A stretch of 64,000 nt of DNA from Azolla caroliniana (Eukaryota; Plantae; Polypodiophyta): contig JBHGNT010000006.1 of NCBI GenBank assembly GCA_043228905.1, forward strand, positions 9,424,001-9,488,000, in the 5' to 3' direction. Of the stretch, positions 62,801 through 64,000 are shown piece after piece. The notes beneath the pieces are model-generated. The model did no database searches, was not told the DNA's origin, and worked only from the letters and a program-made list of their open reading frames with translations. How positions within the stretch are numbered: the stretch's first letter is position 1; each line of letters begins with the position of its first letter. The translations under genes and the position numbers were made by a program.

Positions 62801-64000
62801 AAACACAACGTCGCGGCTCACGCACACTTGTTTGGTGCAAGGGTTATAACACTTATAACCCTTTTGCTCGTCCGAGTAATCGACCAAGATACATTTCTCG
62901 GCCTTTGCGTCCAGCTTTCTCTGTTTCTCCTTTGGCACATGCACATACGCAATGCTACTGAGAACTCGTAAGTGTCGCAAGTTCAGCTTCGTTCCGAAAT
63001 ATAGCTCGTGCACCGACGCTTTGTCTCCGATCCGGTTCTGGATGTATACCGTGGTCCTTACCGCCTTGGCCCAGTAGATCTTGGGCAAGTTCTTCTCCTC
63101 CAGCATTGCCCATGCCGCTTCCACAACCGACCGATTTTTCCTCTCGGCCACGCCGTTTTGCTCCGGCGTGTATCTACAACTGAATTCGCGCCGAATTCTC
63201 ATCTATTGTAGATAACCGTTGAATTGACCGGAAAAGTATTCTGACTACAAACACTTGATCTTTCTTCCTGTTTCCGTTTCCACGAACCCTTTGAGGTCCC
63301 GGAAATAGTCGAAGACTTGCTCTTCCTCTCAATGAGGTAGATCCACGTGTGCCGCGTGTAGTCGTCGATGAAGGAGACGAAATATCGGCTCCTGCCAAGA
63401 CTAACATTTTGTGCCAGCCCCGACACATCGGAGTGTATCAAGTCGAGTTTGTTCCGACTATGGTTACACTCGTTAGGGAAGGGAAGTTGGTGTTGCTTCC
63501 CAAGCTGGCAAGCTTCACAAATTTATGCCTTCCGGCCACTAAATTTGGGCAATCCAAACACCACCTGTTTCGATTGCAGGTCTTGAAGCCGCTGGTAGTT
63601 GACGTGGCCTATTCGCTTGTGCCATAAGTCGATGTCTGACTCGACTTTTTGTCCCTTCGCGAACATTGCGGTGCCACCGTCAGTAGAATCGAGGATGAAC
63701 ATCCTCCCATCTTTGCGCCCTTGCGCAATAACACGGCCTTCTTCCTCAATGAAGCACCCTAGGTGTGTAAACTGGACCTCCATCCCTTGGTCGACGATCT
63801 GTCCGACCGACACCAAGTTCTTTGTGATTGTCGGAACGTGTAGCACGTTCATGAGTTTCCCTTTCTGCCCGACATGGCTCAGGGGAACTTCTCCAACATT
63901 TGTGATCGGATGCGGAGTGTCATCTCCGGTTGCGACTACTCCCGGTTGCATCGGTTTTTCTAGCTACAAGAGCCATTCCTTATGGCTCGTCATGTGATTT
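59836..64000 (-). mobile_element. Copia family A element, 5' part beyond window
   Basis: 3' LTR 59836-60280; PPT 60281-60295; C-terminal extension 60275-60830; RNase H, RT (61492-62220), INT (62225-63440) and PR region to the window end. Confidence 0.92.

Overview
Eukaryotic, repeat-dense window, most likely from a non-seed land plant (inferred from the transposon families). Most of it is nested, decayed transposons: Ty1/copia families (here called A, B and C), non-chromovirus and chromovirus Ty3/gypsy remnants, solo LTRs, a TRIM-like element, hAT derivatives and a LINE fragment. Many boundaries can be fixed by TG..CA ends, PBS/PPT and target-site duplications (TSDs). The most notable feature is a Penelope-like element (PLE) at ~4595-7471 (minus strand) inserted in a gypsy LTR. 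It has a reverse transcriptase broken by one frameshift, no C-terminal GIY-YIG endonuclease, a minimal hammerhead-ribozyme-like fold 163 nt downstream of the stop, and an exact 226-bp copy of nearby gypsy pol at its 5' junction. The only host-like genes are a duplicated two-exon gene for a small Glu/Gly-rich protein (28779-29377 and 57622-58194, minus). Copia family A carries a duplicated PPT-like motif and an in-frame acidic/basic tail after RNase H. All comparisons were made by eye; no database searches were run.
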